From: Chiloscyllium plagiosum
Taxonomy: Eukaryota
Direction: 5' to 3'
NCBI RefSeq assembly: GCF_004010195.1
Contig: NC_057757.1
Span: forward strand, 2,503,292-2,555,262
DNA length: 51,971 bases
The number at the start of each line of letters is the position of its first letter. Positions within the stretch are counted from its first letter, which is position 1. The notes under the pieces are model-generated. The model was not told the origin of the DNA. It did no database searches and saw only the letters and a program-made list of their open reading frames with translations. The position numbers and the translations under genes were made by a program. Positions 1 to 11,259 of this stretch are shown in pieces.

Positions 1-590
1 CTGGTCTCCTTCCTATTGGAAAGATGTTATGAAACTTAAAAGGCTTCTGAAAAGATTTACAAGGATGTTGCCAGGGTTGGAGGATCTGAGCTACAGGGAG
101 AGGTTGAACAGGCTGGGGCTGTTTTCCCTGGAGCGTCGGGGGCTGAGGGGTGACCTTATGGAGGTTTACAAAATTACCCCTCCTCTCTCTCACCTTCCCC
201 CACTCCCTTTCCCCTTCCCCCTCCTCTCTCTCACCTTCCCCCACTCCCTTTCCCTTTCCCCTCCTCACTCTCCCCCTGGGGTGGGGGAGTCCAGAACTAG
301 AGGGTATAGGTTTAGGGTGAGAGGGGAAAGATATAAAAGAGACCTAAGGGGCATCTTTGTCACACAGAGGGTGGTACGTGTATGGAATGAGCTGCCAGAG
401 GAAGTGGTGGAGGCTGGTACAATTGCAACATTTAAGAGGCATTTGGATGGGTGTATGAATAGGAAGGGTTTGGAGGGATATGGGCCGGGTGCTGGCAGGT
501 GGGACTAGATCAGGTTGGGATATCTGGTCGGCATGGACGAGTTGGACCGAAGGGTCTGTTTCCATGCTCTACATCTCTACGACTCTATGA
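1..590 (+). mobile_element. CR1-clade (HER1-like) LINE 3' fragment
   Basis: Translates to the CR1-type RT C-terminus (RFTRMLPGLEDLSYRERLNRLGLFSLERR.LRGDL...VWNELPEEVVEAGTI..FKRHLD) and ends in the family tail ctctacgactctatgac; a C/T-rich patch replaces ~177-275. Confidence 0.9.
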
Positions 591-957
591 CAGAATCAGC
601 TTCCAATTTCCCACATTTGTATTGCCATGGAGACCGCATCAGTGATGTGGTTAAAAGCCGTCCTTTAGGGTGGGGGGAGATCTGCCATCCTTACCCTGGC
701 CTGGCCTGCACGTGACTCCAGGCCGACAGAGATGTTCCTGACTCAGCGCTGCCCTCAGAGACAGTCCCAGAAGGGATCAGGAGCCGTTCAGGAACTTGCA
801 GTCTTCCAGCGAGGTCCACTCTCTCCTCTGCTCCCTCCCAAACCCCCGTACCCCTTGAGAACTCCAAACACTAACAATGCCCCCCCCCCCCCACCGACTG
901 TACCGTAGCAACAAAACCGGGACACTAGATAAATCGAACCTTGCTGCATTTCTCCAG

Positions 958-1270
958 GATGGCCTCGGATCAGCGGGAGCAGTCTCGGAGTTTGACGATG
1001 ACCCCCCGCAGTGACGGAGGGACTCCGCAGAAATCCTGCCAGCCCAAGACGCACGTGATGTTCCTGAAGACCCACAAGACGGCCAGCAGTACCATCCTGA
1101 ACATCCTGTACCGCTTCGGGGAGGCGAGAAACTTAATGTTTGCCCTGCCCAACTCCTACCAGTTTGGCTACCCCTTCCTGTTCAGTACAAGGAAGATCAA
1201 ATACTACAGTCCAGCCAAGTTGCAGGAGTATCACATCATCTGCAACCACATGAGGTTCTTCAGGCCGCAG
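958..1270 (+). CDS. GAL3ST4: Galactose-3-O-sulfotransferase (GAL3ST4-like), penultimate coding exon
   Basis: Acceptor tttctccag|g at 957/958 and donor cag|gtaggt at 1270/1271. Encodes CQPKTHVMFLKTHKTASSTILNILYRFG (5'-PAPS-binding KTHKTASST) and YQFGYP...HIICNHMRF. Upstream transmembrane exon(s) lie outside the window. Confidence 0.9.
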
Positions 1271-1377
1271 GTAGGTGGCGATAATAGCGGCGTGGTGGTA
1301 TTATCGCTGGACCCCCCAGCTCCGAATCCCGACATGATGGGACCTGGATTCCGTTTTCAAAAGGAAGCGTGGAATTA

Positions 1378-1680
1378 AGATGGCGGCTCAGCCTTTAGCG
1401 CTGCTGCCTCACGGCGCTGGGGGCGTGGGTTCACTTCCACCCTCAGGCAAACGTCCGTGTGGAGCGTGCACATTCTTAGATTACCTACAGTGTGGAAACA
1501 GGCCATTCGGCCCAACAAGTCCACACTCACCCTCTGAAGCGCAACCCAACCCAGACCCATTCCCGCACATTTAGCCCTGCGCCTAACACTACGGGCAATT
1601 TAGCCTGGCCGATTCACCTAACCTGCACATTTTTGGTCCCCGTGGCTTTCCTCCAGTTTCATCCCACAGTCCAAAGGTGT
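1378..1680 (+). mobile_element. HE1/V-SINE interrupted by an inverted SINE 3' part (~1475-1632, minus)
   Basis: tRNA-like head atggcggctcagcctttagcgctgctgcctcacggcgc; the V-domain resumes at ccccgtggctttcctcc..tcccacagtccaaag; reverse-strand tail ttagattacctacagtgtggaaacaggcc lies in between. Confidence 0.75.
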
Positions 1681-2385
1681 GCAGGTTAGGGTGGATTGGC
1701 CGTGCTAAATTGTCCCATAGTGCCCAGGGATGTGCAGGTTAGGGTGGATTGGCCGTGCTAAATTGTCCCATAGTGCCCAGGGACGTGCAGGTTAGGGGGG
1801 TTGGCCGTGGTCAATTGTCCCCTAGTGTCCAGGAATGTGCAGGTTAGGGTGGATTGGCCGTGCTAAATTGTCCCATAGTGCCCAGGGATGTGCAGGTTAG
1901 GGTGGATTGGCCGTGCTAAATTGTCCCNNNNGGGATGTGCAGGTTAGGGTGGATTGGCCGTGCTAAATTGTCCCGTAGTGCCCAGGGGATGTGCAGGTTA
2001 GGGTGGATTGGCCATGCTAAATTGTCCCATAGTGTCCGGGGATGTGCAGGTTAGGGTGGATTGGCCGTGCTAAATTGTCCCATAGTGCCCAGGATGTGCA
2101 TGTTAGGGTGGATTGGCCGTGCTAAATTATCCCATAGTGCCCAGGGATGTGCATGTTAGGGTGGATTGACCATGCTAAATTGTCCCATAGTGCCCAGGGA
2201 TGTGCATGTTAGGGTGGATTGTCCGTGGGAAATTGTCCCATAGTGCCCAGGGATGTGCAGGTTAGGGTGGATTGGCCGTGGGAAATTGTCCCATAGTGTC
2301 CGCGGATGTGCAGGTTCGGGTGGATTGTCCGTGGGAAATTGTCCCATAGTGCCCAGGGATGTGCAGGTTAGGGGGGATTGTCCTC
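1676..2385 (+). repeat. 53-bp SINE-derived minisatellite (~13 copies) in the GAL3ST4 intron
   Basis: Unit gatgtgcaggttagggtggattggccgtgctaaattgtcccatagtgcccagg; gcagg recurs at 1681, 1734, 1787; 4-N gap at 1928-1931. Confidence 0.97.
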
Positions 2386-2484
2386 TCCCGGTAGTTCAGG
2401 CCCTGCGTTCCCAGCAAAATCCTTGTGAACATTCCGCGTAGGCTCACCAAACCCTTGACCCTTGTCCATTTGTGGCCTCTGTAG

Positions 2485-3306
2485 GTTGAGAAAGTGATGG
2501 CAAAGGGGACCTTGTACTTCTCGATCTTGCGGAGCCCGGTGACCCTGGCCGAATCGTCCTTCACCTACTACAAGGGGACCAGCTCGGCCTTCAAGAAGGT
2601 GGAGTCGCTGGAGCAGTTCCTCAGCGACCCATGGAGGTATTACTCTGCCCGGGAGCGGGGCAACCAGTACGCCCGCAACCTGATGTGGTTCGATTTCGGC
2701 TTCGACCCCAACGCCAACGACACGGCCGACTACGTGGAGCTGGTCCTCAAGGAGATCGGGGCTACCTTCCACCTCATCCTGCTCTCCGAGTACTTCGACG
2801 AGTCCATGATCCTGCTGAAGGATGCCCTGTGCTGGGAGTTCGACGACGTCGTCTCCTTCAAGCTGAACTTCCGCAGCAACGTTACGGTGAGGCGGCTGTC
2901 AGAGGACGCAACCCGACGGGTGAAGGCCTGGAACGCGTTGGATTGGAAGCTTTACCTCCACTTCAACCGCACCTTCTGGCAGAAGGTGGAGGACTACGGC
3001 CTACAGAGGATGAGGAGCGACGTCCTGATCCTGAGGGAGAAGCGCAGGAGGCTGATGGACCTGTGTCTCCAGGGAAGCAAGCCGGTGGACGCCAGCCAAA
3101 TCGAGGACAAGAACATCAAACCCTTCCAGTATGGCCGGGCCCAGATCATGGGCTATAACCTGAACCCGAATCTGGATAACAGCACCAGGGAGAAATGTTT
3201 ACGGATGGTCATGCCTGAGCTCCAGTACAAGGATCTTCTCGATGCCAAACTGTTCCCGTTGACTCCCACTGTCAAAAGCCTACAGACGCCACAGAAACAT
3301 TTCTGA
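2485..3306 (+). CDS. GAL3ST4: Galactose-3-O-sulfotransferase (GAL3ST4-like), last coding exon
   Basis: Acceptor ctctgtag|gtt, phase 0, joins RFFRPQ|VEKVM. Motifs YFSILRSP..LAESSFTYYKGTSSAF, YARNLMWFDFG, EYFDES, WNALDWKLY.HFNRTFW, PELQYKDLLDAK; stop TGA at 3304-3306. YYKxTSSAF and PELQYKDxLDAK match my recollection of GAL3ST4, and the TRAPPC14 neighbour supports that paralog. Confidence 0.9.
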   Translation, partial: VEKVMAKGTLYFSILRSPVTLAESSFTYYKGTSSAFKKVESLEQFLSDPWRYYSARERGNQYARNLMWFDFGFDPNANDTADYVELVLKEIGATFHLILLSEYFDESMILLKDALCWEFDDVVSFKLNFRSNVTVRRLSEDATRRVKAWNALDWKLYLHFNRTFWQKVEDYGLQRMRSDVLILREKRRRLMDLCLQGSKPVDASQIEDKNIKPFQYGRAQIMGYNLNPNLDNSTREKCLRMVMPELQYKDLLDAKLFPLTPTVKSLQTPQKHF

Positions 3307-3944
3307 GGAGGGCGGCAGAGAGGCATGTGTGGCTCCCTTTTGCCCAAGGGAAACATCTTGCCTGGTTGTTGGCACCAGGCCCAAGAGAAATCTCCCTAAA
3401 TGCCGCCACTCCTCCTCGCTGCCAATCCCACAATGCCTCCCCGGGGAGGGCGGCCATGTCAATTCCCGGCCTTCGTCCTGATCTAACGCTTCATTCTTCA
3501 GGGTTACCACGGTGGGGGGGTGGGTGGGTGGGGTGCTAAGGTCAAAGGTGTCGCGCGGTCAAAGGCGTCCATCTTGAATCCGTCAGGATGGGAACGCCGG
3601 GCTCCGTGGGGAGTTGGCAGGGCTGCGCGGAGACAATTTGCCGGCCAGGCGATGGATGCGGCTCACTTACCCTCGCACGCTAGGGTCTGCCCGCTGTCCT
3701 CATGTTCAGGAGCAGGTCACCCAGAGGCGTGGCGACATTTCTAGGGTGAGGCCAGAAAACGTTGACCGTTTCCAAGAAGGAGGCAGATGTGGTTCTCAGG
3801 ATCAAAGAGTATTGGGGGGTGTGTGTGTGTGGGGGGGGGGGGGAAGAGGAGAAAGCGGGAATAGGGGACTGAGCTGGATGGTCAGCCATGATCATATTGA
3901 ATGGCGGACTGATCTCCTCATAGAATCTCTGCAGGGTAGAAAGA

Positions 3945-4232
3945 AGCTGCTCAACCCAGGTTCGACTCCACCCTCAGGCCATTGTCTGTGGGAAAGCAGG
4001 CCTTCTCCGGGTGCTCCGGTTCCCTCCCACAGTCCAAAGACTTGCAGGTTAGGATGGATTGGCCGTGCTGAATTGTCCCGTAGTGTCCAGGGACGTGCAG
4101 GCTAGGTGGGTTAGCCATGGGAAATGCGGGGTTACAGGGATGGGGTAGGTCTGAGTGAGGCGCTCCTCAGAGAGTCGGTTTGCACTCGATGGGCCGAATG
4201 GCCTGCTTCCACACTGTAGGGGATTCTATGAA
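3945..4232 (+). mobile_element. HE1/V-SINE, partly deleted
   Basis: gggtgctccggttccctcccacagtccaaaga..caggttagg, with the tail gatgggccgaatggcctgcttccacactgtagggattctatga. Confidence 0.85.
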
Positions 4233-4579
4233 CGGGCTGGCCCTAATTCTGGAACCTTCCACCAGTGGACTTTGTAAATTTATGCTGCTCTCTTCCTGTT
4301 AATGTATTGAAGAATTCAATCAGATCACCCTGACCCTTCTAAATTCTAGGGAAAATGGGCCTCATCTGTACATCTGTCCTTGAAGCGTTGTGACCACCTC
4401 ACATGTATGAGCCCTAGCTTTGGTATCTTCCACAAGTGGCCAAAACAATATGTCTACCTTATCCAGCCCCTTCATAATCTCGGAAAGATCTCACTTTGGT
4501 CACCTTGCTGCATTTTCTTTTCTGAATTTGCTGACCAGCTCTACCTGAGCGATCTAAAGTCCGTTAGCACAGCAGGAGA

Positions 4580-4960
4580 CTTTTATTTATGGTGGGGGCA
4601 TCGCTGGCTGGGCCTAGTCTTTATTGCCCCATCCCTAATCGCCCCCCCGAGGGCAGTTAAGAGCCGATCCCATTGGCCGTGGGTCTGGAGTCACGTCTGG
4701 AGTCAGCAGGTCTGGCACCATCTGTGGAGAGAAATCAGACTCAACGTTTCAGTCTGGTGTAGGCCAGACCAGGTAACGATGGCAGTTTCCATCCCTGAAG
4801 GACATTAGAGAACCAGATGGGTTTTTCCCGACAATGAGTTCACGGTCATCATTAGATTCCAGATTCTTTATTGAATTCCGTGGCTGGATTTGAACCCAGG
4901 TCTTCGGAACATTACCTGATTCTCTCAGTTAACAGTCGGGTGATAAGGACCACTAGCGCC
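4580..4960 (-). mobile_element. Second tRNA-headed SINE family; further copies ~7370-7712(-), 18915-19745(+, with nested minus copy ~19020-19548), 35750-36090(+), 36900-37450(-)
   Basis: Recurrent core atttattgcccatccctaattgccc..gggcagttaagagtcaacc..gggtctggagtcacatgtaggccagaccaggtaa; B-box-like gggttcaaatcc in the head; A-rich tail gaatgaataaa. Confidence 0.8.
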
Positions 4961-5389
4961 CCCCCCCCCCCCCCCGTAATTATTATGATGTGGAGGTGCC
5001 AATGTTGGACTGGACAGATAAAGTCAGAAGTCGGGTGACACCAGGTTGTAGCTGAATGGGTTTATTTGGAATCAGAAGTTTTCGGAGCGATGTTCCAATT
5101 ATCATGGTGAGGAGACATCTCCCCTGTAGTATATCAGATACCTTAAAGCTTTCCACACCTTCCTGTCCAACTGTGCAAAACAAAACTGGACCCTATCTGT
5201 ACTCCCCCCCTCCCTCCCCCCAACTTTCAAAACTTGAGTGGCAAAGTCTCAACCAATCAGAGTTGACTTACTCAACCAATCAGCTCCCTTTTCTCATTTG
5301 GTATAAATTGTTGCTCACTTTGAAGTTTGGCATTCTTGCACGTGTCCTGATGCCTACGAGATTTATCAGTCATCCTTTTATAAGGACTA

Positions 5390-5579
5390 GGAGAAAGTGA
5401 GGGCTGCAGATGCTGGAGATCAGAGCTGAAAANNNNNNNNNNNNNNNNNNNNNNNNNNNNNNNNNNNNNNNNNNNNNNAAGCCTGATTCCTGAAGAAGGG
5501 CTTATGCCCGAAACGTCGATTCTCCTGCTCCTTGGATGCTGCCTGACCTGCTGCGCTTTTCCTGCAACACATTTTCAGC
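5390..5579. mobile_element. Short Penelope-derived fold-back insertion with a hammerhead motif (family A)
   Basis: TSD ttttat[a/c]aggacta at 5376-5389 and 5580-5593; motif ttc-CTGAAGA-A-GGGC-ttat-GCCC-GAAACGTC-ga at 5487-5520; internal N gap. Confidence 0.8.
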
Positions 5580-6409
5580 TTTTATCAGGACTATCCAAGT
5601 TCTTCACTCCCACAACTTTGGAAGTTAGAGGGAAACTTACAGAGCTGCCATAAGTGAGGCTTATGTAGAGATACATAAAAGAGGAGATTTCACTTGGAAT
5701 GGGTCTGCTTCATTAAAGCGTAGAGCTTATTTAAAAGGGGCAACTATTCTTGAGCTCTCAAAGTGTTGAACCCTCAGAGAATGTGAATTTTGATAAGAGT
5801 ACACATGTACAGGATGGTGAAGAGTTAGAACTGGGGGGGGTGGAGGAAACGTAATGTTTTTGGTTTGAATGCAAAACGAAAATGCATTTTTGTTTTGCGG
5901 GATGGTGCTCCCCAGCAGCAAATTCTGGTTGTGTTTTTGCGTATGTGAAAGGCACTATACAAATGCAAGTCGTCCTATTTATTTCCGTACAGTCACATTA
6001 ATACGGGTGTTTTGATTCGAGTTCCGGTTTTGTGTTTGGTACTGGATTGTGGGTTAAAATCCTAGAGTTCGTTTTCTCTCTCTTTCTCTCTCACATGTAC
6101 ACAGTACCCTTAACCACATGTTGATTCAAGATGGCGTCTTCACGTCAGCAGTTGGTGGGAGAGTGGGCTGAACCAGGGACATCCACTTCCACAAAAGACA
6201 GAGAAAGAAGCTTCATAGGAAGAAACACACGTTTTAGTTCTCTTTAGGAATCAAAGTTCAAGAAAGTTGAAAATAAAATAAAAACCACACAATGACTTTG
6301 CAAGATCTCAGTGGGCATGTCGACATCTTTAGAGAGAAGGAAGCAGAGTTAAGGGTACCCTTTTATCAGAACTGGGAGAATTCAAGATTGGACAGAGATT
6401 TTAAGCAAG

Positions 6410-6613
6410 TCAAAAGTGAAACAACTGCTGATGCTGTAGATCAGAAACGAAAAGCAGGAATTGCTGGAAAAGCTCAGCAGGTCTGGCAGCATCTGCGGAG
6501 AGAAAGCAGTGTTAAGGTCAAGTGAGGTTCTGAGGAAGGGACACCGGACTGAAATGTTGAGCCTGATTTCTCTCCACAGATGCTGCCAGACCTGCCGAGC
6601 TTTTTCCAGCAAC
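6410..6613. mobile_element. Fold-back Penelope-like tail element (family related to A)
   Basis: Inverted arms ttgctggaaaagctcagcaggtctggcagcatctgcggagagaaa / tttctctccacagatgctgccagacctgccgagctttttccagcaa; decayed motif gttCTGAGGAaggg...GAAATGTT. Confidence 0.7.
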
Positions 6614-6894
6614 GGCCTGGCTTCTCTATCCTCCCAGACTGTGGGAGTGAATTCCACATTTCTGTGACTTACTCAAATTTCACCTTCCGCTTTTATCATG
6701 GATCACTAAAGCCTCCGCATCCCAGTCCAGCCTCCATCCTGTGATTGACCCAGAATCACAGAAACCCAACGCCATTTGACTTGTGTTGTGGTTGTGTGGT
6801 ACTGGACTATGGGTCAAAGTCCTGGGGTTCTCTCTCTCTCTCTCCAACACACACACACACGGTGCTGTTTACCACACGGCAATTCACGTCAGGC

Positions 6895-7195
6895 CCACAC
6901 CCACACTCCCTGCGTTTCCCGTGGCTAACCCACCCAACCCGAACACGATGGGACAGTGTAGCACGGCCAATCCACCCTAACCTGCACATCCCTGGGCACT
7001 ATGGGACAATTTAGTACGGCCAATCCACCCTAACCTGCATATCCATGGATAGTGGGAGGAAACTGGAGCACTCAGAAGAAACCCACGCAGACACGGGGAG
7101 AACATGCAAACTCCACACGGTCACCCCAGGCTGGAATCGAACGTGGGTGCCTGGTGCTGTGAGGCAGCAGTGCTAACCACTGAGCCACCGTGCTG
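6895..7195 (-). mobile_element. HE1/V-SINE with 2-3 copies of the 53-bp unit
   Basis: Reverse complement of cacggtggctcagtggttagcactgctgcctcacagcaccagg and of the V-domain. Confidence 0.9.
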
Positions 7196-7917
7196 GAGTC
7201 CTCCAGCTCCTGTGGCAATGTGCACTTTTTATTGGTGTGCAGTAGCTGTGGACAGTGATGATCGAGACTCCAAGCCCTTTGAATCATGTTTCCAATATCC
7301 TGCTGTTCCCTCCTGGAAGTATTTACAAATCAGTTTGCAAACTGTTTAATAGAGACACCTTTTTTTGAAAATCATTCATTTGCAAGATGTGGGGGGATCA
7401 CTGACTAGGCCAGCGTTTATTGCCCATCCCTAATTGCCCAGAGGACAGGTGAGAGTCAACCCCATTGGGTGCAGGTCTGGAGTCACATGTAGGCCAGACC
7501 AGGTAAAGATGGCAGTTTCCTTCCCTTCAAGGCCAGGTAAATTTTCCCTCCAACAATAGTCACCATTAGACTCTTAATTCCTTTTTTTTTACCCTTGAAG
7601 CTGAATTCAAATTGCACCATCTGCCGTGGTGGGATTTGAACCGAGCTCTCCAGAACATGAGCTGGGTCTGTGGATTAAAGTCCAGCAACAATACCACTAG
7701 GCTATTGCCTCCTTCTGGGATACCAGGTACAGGACTTGAGGCAGAGATGGTACGTACTGAACCTCAGGACCAGTTTCTCCCGAGAGCTATAATCTCTCTG
7801 TGACCATCCTTGTAAAAAGTTACATCGCATCTTCCCTGGTGTGTGTGAGTCCTAGTTTAATACAGTCAAGACCAAACCGCTTTGGTGAGAAGGACAGGCA
7901 AAGAACATAATTACTAA

Positions 7918-8779
7918 ATTAAAAACCACCCAACACCAGGTTATAGTCCAACAGGCCTATTTGGAAGCACTAGCTTTCGAAGCACTGCTCCTTCATCAGG
8001 AGGTTGTGAAGAATAAGGTCATAGACACAGAATTTCTAGCAAAAGTTTACAGTGAGATGCAACTGAAATGATGTATTGAACAAACCGGGATTGTTGTTAA
8101 TGGGTTGCAGATTTTGGTTCATTAATACGTAAATCCCAGAATTACTTTCCAGTCACATTCTTGAGATAACTTAAGATTTTATATAAAAAAAACTCTCATG
8201 CACACACTCCCATGCTCTCTCCCTCCCCCTGCCCCTCACATGCACACACACAAACACATAAGTCTATGGGGTGAATTTGCATTTGCAAATACATTTTTTT
8301 TTATCAAAAAGTACACAACCTGCAGGCGGTCAATCCATGTAACATTTTATAATTTCCTACTTTGGAAATAGAACCAGTCGGACTCAAGACTGGGATACAG
8401 ACAGATCCTAACCTCACACCTTTAATACATTGTCTGAGCCGAGATGTTCCTTTTTTGTAATAAAACCTTATGTTATCTCGAGAATGTGACTTTAAAAAAG
8501 TTCTGGGATTTGCATATTAATGAACCAAAATCTGCAACCCATTCTAAAAGATGAAAGACTTAACAGCAATCCAGGTTTGTTCAATATATTGTTTTAATTG
8601 CATGACACTATGATCTTTTGCTGTACATTCTGGGTCTTATGATCCTGCCCCACTAGTTACCTGATGAAGGAGCAATTCTCCGAAAGCTAGTGCTTCCAAA
8701 TAAAGCTGTTGGACTATAACCTGGTGTTGTGTGATTTCTAACTTTGTCCACCCCAGACCAACACCAGCTCCTTCACATT
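7918..8779. mobile_element. Penelope-like terminal-repeat element with ~270-bp inverted arms (family B), one hammerhead motif per arm
   Basis: 7921-8180 is the reverse complement of ~8462-8738; motifs CTGATGA-A-GGAGC-agt-GCTTC-GAAAGCTA-gtg (7968-8002, minus) and CTGATGA-A-GGAG-caatt-CTCC-GAAAGCTA-gtg (8658-8692, plus). Confidence 0.8.
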
Positions 8780-8944
8780 ATAATGATTAAGGTGAACTTA
8801 TCTTTGTCGAATCTGATGTGGTGAGTTCCCTGTATGATACAGTCTTCCCAACTTGGCCATGTTCTGTCATGGGAAAAGCTTAGGTGAAATCGGGCTGAGA
8901 TTGTCTTACAACCCCGAAAGAATGCAAGTAAAGTTGACAACTTT

Positions 8945-9290
8945 ATTTGATTTGATTTATTGTACTGACATGCAGTGGAAAGTATTGTTCTGTGTGCTAA
9001 CCAGACAAAACATACCTTGCATGAGTACATCAGGGTAACAGAACAGAATGAATATCGAGTTAGAGTCACAGAGAAAGGACAGAGAGAGAGATCAACTCCT
9101 ACGTGTGAGTCTGATAGCAGCGGGGAAGAAGCTGTTCTTGAATCTGTTAGTACGTGTTTGTGTGTTCTGGAAGAAGATGGAAGAGAGTATAACTGGGGTG
9201 GGAGGGGTCTTTGAAGATGGCTGCTTTCCCGAGACAGCAGGTCGTGTCGACAGTGCAAGGAAGGCTGGGTCACCAGATGGACTGGGATAC
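8945..9290 (-). mobile_element. Rex1/Babar-like LINE 3' fragment; similar copies ~34930-35520(-) and 38540-38835(-)
   Basis: RTNRFKNSFFPAAIRL C-terminal motif, IIKDPSHP and LYFSRRLRRF..YRCTLESILS motifs, (aatca)n tail. Confidence 0.75.
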
Positions 9291-9799
9291 AGCGACTGTG
9301 CATATTTTGTTTCAGGACTGATCATTAATATTAAAACTGCATGCCTCAGACTGCACAATGACAAGTTAAATTGAGTGTACATTTGTACGGCTTGTTATTC
9401 ATTTGCACACACACTCTGTACAGGAAAAGAGAACTCATTCAAAAGATTTTTACAAAGCAGGGATCTGACTAACACGCGTTGTAGAAAGACGAAACTGTGT
9501 CCTTTGGAGAAATGTGACAGGGATATTTTTATAATTCGAATTAAATTCCACTTGCATAGATGGGAACTCATTTCATAATTGTTTTTAATCCAGGTACGTA
9601 AGGCAAGTGTTCTGGCGTTATCTTAACTGTGGAAAACTGCAATGAAGAAACATGTTAATTTATTAAAATGTTAACCTGACTAGTGTGTCTTTGTTAATTT
9701 CCTAACCTTGAGGTCTTCAGTCAGACTGTGCATCTTCTCATTTCTCGATGGGTTTGAAATCTTCCATAGGTTGAGCCCTGAGGACGGGGCGTACTTGCT

Positions 9800-10815
9800 G
9801 TTATGCAGAAAGCATAAGGGACTGTCAGAGAATACAGGAGGATATAGATAGACTGGAGAGTTGGGCGGAAAAGTGGCAGATGGTTTTCAATCCAGACAAA
9901 TGTGAGGTGATGTGTTTCAGGCAAGACTATTTCTCGAGCGAATTATACAATGAACGGGAGAGCCTTGGGAAAAGTTGATGGGCAGAGAGACCTGGGAGTG
10001 CAGGTCCACTGTACCCTGAAGGTTGCTGCACAGGTAGATAGAGTTGTCAAGAAGGCATATGGTATGCTTGCCTTCATTGGACGGGGTATTGAGTACAAGA
10101 GCTGGCAAGTCATGTTAACATTGTACAAGACATTCGTTTGGCTGCATTTAGAATACTGTGTACAGTTCTGTTCACCTCATTACCAAAAGGATGTGGACGC
10201 ATTGGAGGGGGTGCAGGGAAGGTTTACGAGGATGTTGCCTGGAGGGGATGGTGCTAGCAATGAAGAAAGTTGAGTAGGTTTGGTTTATTTTCATTAGAAA
10301 AAAGGAGATTGAGGGGGAACCTGATTGAGGTTTATAAAATCATGAAGGGTACAGACAGGGTGGATAGAGACAAGTTTTTTCCCAGGGTGAAGGATTCAAT
10401 AACGACAGGTCACGCTTTCAAGGTGAGAAGTGGAAAGTTTAAGGGGGGGATACACGCGGCAAGTACTTCACACAGAGTGGTGGGCGTTTGCAACGCATTG
10501 CCAGCAGAGATGGTAGAGGCAGGCACGGTAGATTCATTTAAGATGTAGGTTTGCTCCCTGAGCTGTAGGTTTGATATCCAGACGTTTCATTACCTGGCTA
10601 GGTAACATCATCAGTGGCGACCTCCAAGTGAAGCTACAAACCTTCACAAACCTTGCAAGATTCATTTAAGATTCGTCTGGATAAATGCATGAGTAGGTGG
10701 GGAGCAGAGGGATACGGATGCTTAGGAATTGACCGACAGGTTTCGACAGTACATTTGGATCGGCTCAGGCTTGGTGGGCTGAAGGGCCTGTTCCTGGGCT
10801 GGAAATGTTCTTTGT
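9800..10815 (+). mobile_element. CR1-clade LINE fragment (divergent subfamily) interrupted at 10545-10657
   Basis: QRDLGVQVH..LKVAAQVDRVVKKAYGMLAFIGRGIEYKS..LEYCVQF.SPHYQKD. Confidence 0.9.
10578..10617 (-). ncRNA. Minimal type I hammerhead ribozyme motif (family C), intact core
   Basis: Minus strand reads CCA-CTGATGA-T-GTTACCT-agcc-AGGTAAT-GAAACGTC-TGG: stem I CCA/TGG, 7-bp stem II, ACGT palindromic stem III, GUC cleavage triplet. Confidence 0.75.
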
Positions 10816-11259
10816 TGCAAATTGTCACTAGCTGAATGACCTCGTTGGAGCTTCCCATGTTGCTGGTCACGGGCCCCATGTGTGTATGTGTATGCGCGTG
10901 TGTGGCTGATGTCCCCCACCTCCGACCGCACGTTTGGCGTTTCTGGGACATGGCATTTATCTTTGAACTTGAGATACCTGGTGTTCCTTCTTCCGGTTCC
11001 TATTCCATACCTCCTCTTACCAATGGGTGTTCTTGTAGAATTGTGGTCCCTCATACAGGGATTCCTTCCCAGTTGGTGTCATGTGAACAAGGGTCGCCCC
11101 GGCCTGGACAACATTTCTTGAGTGAAGCTCTTCATGAAGTCTTTGGAATGCTTCCCACGTTCTCCTCACATTCGAACGCCTTCCCTTTTCCGTAATTTTG
11201 ATCACCTCAATATGATCACCTCTTATTCTTCTCCGTGGAGAATAAGCCCAATCTCCCTC

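Noticed and set aside
1676..2385. CRISPR-like appearance of regularly spaced repeats
   Set aside because: Units are contiguous with no unique spacers, derive from a SINE, and the context is vertebrate with no cas genes
2631..3158. Alternative-frame 175-aa ORF and antisense ORF over GAL3ST4
   Set aside because: Shadow ORFs caused by GC-rich codon usage; no recognisable motifs
6272..6282. AATAAA as the GAL3ST4 polyadenylation signal
   Set aside because: About 3 kb past the stop in an A-rich tract; cannot be supported without transcript data
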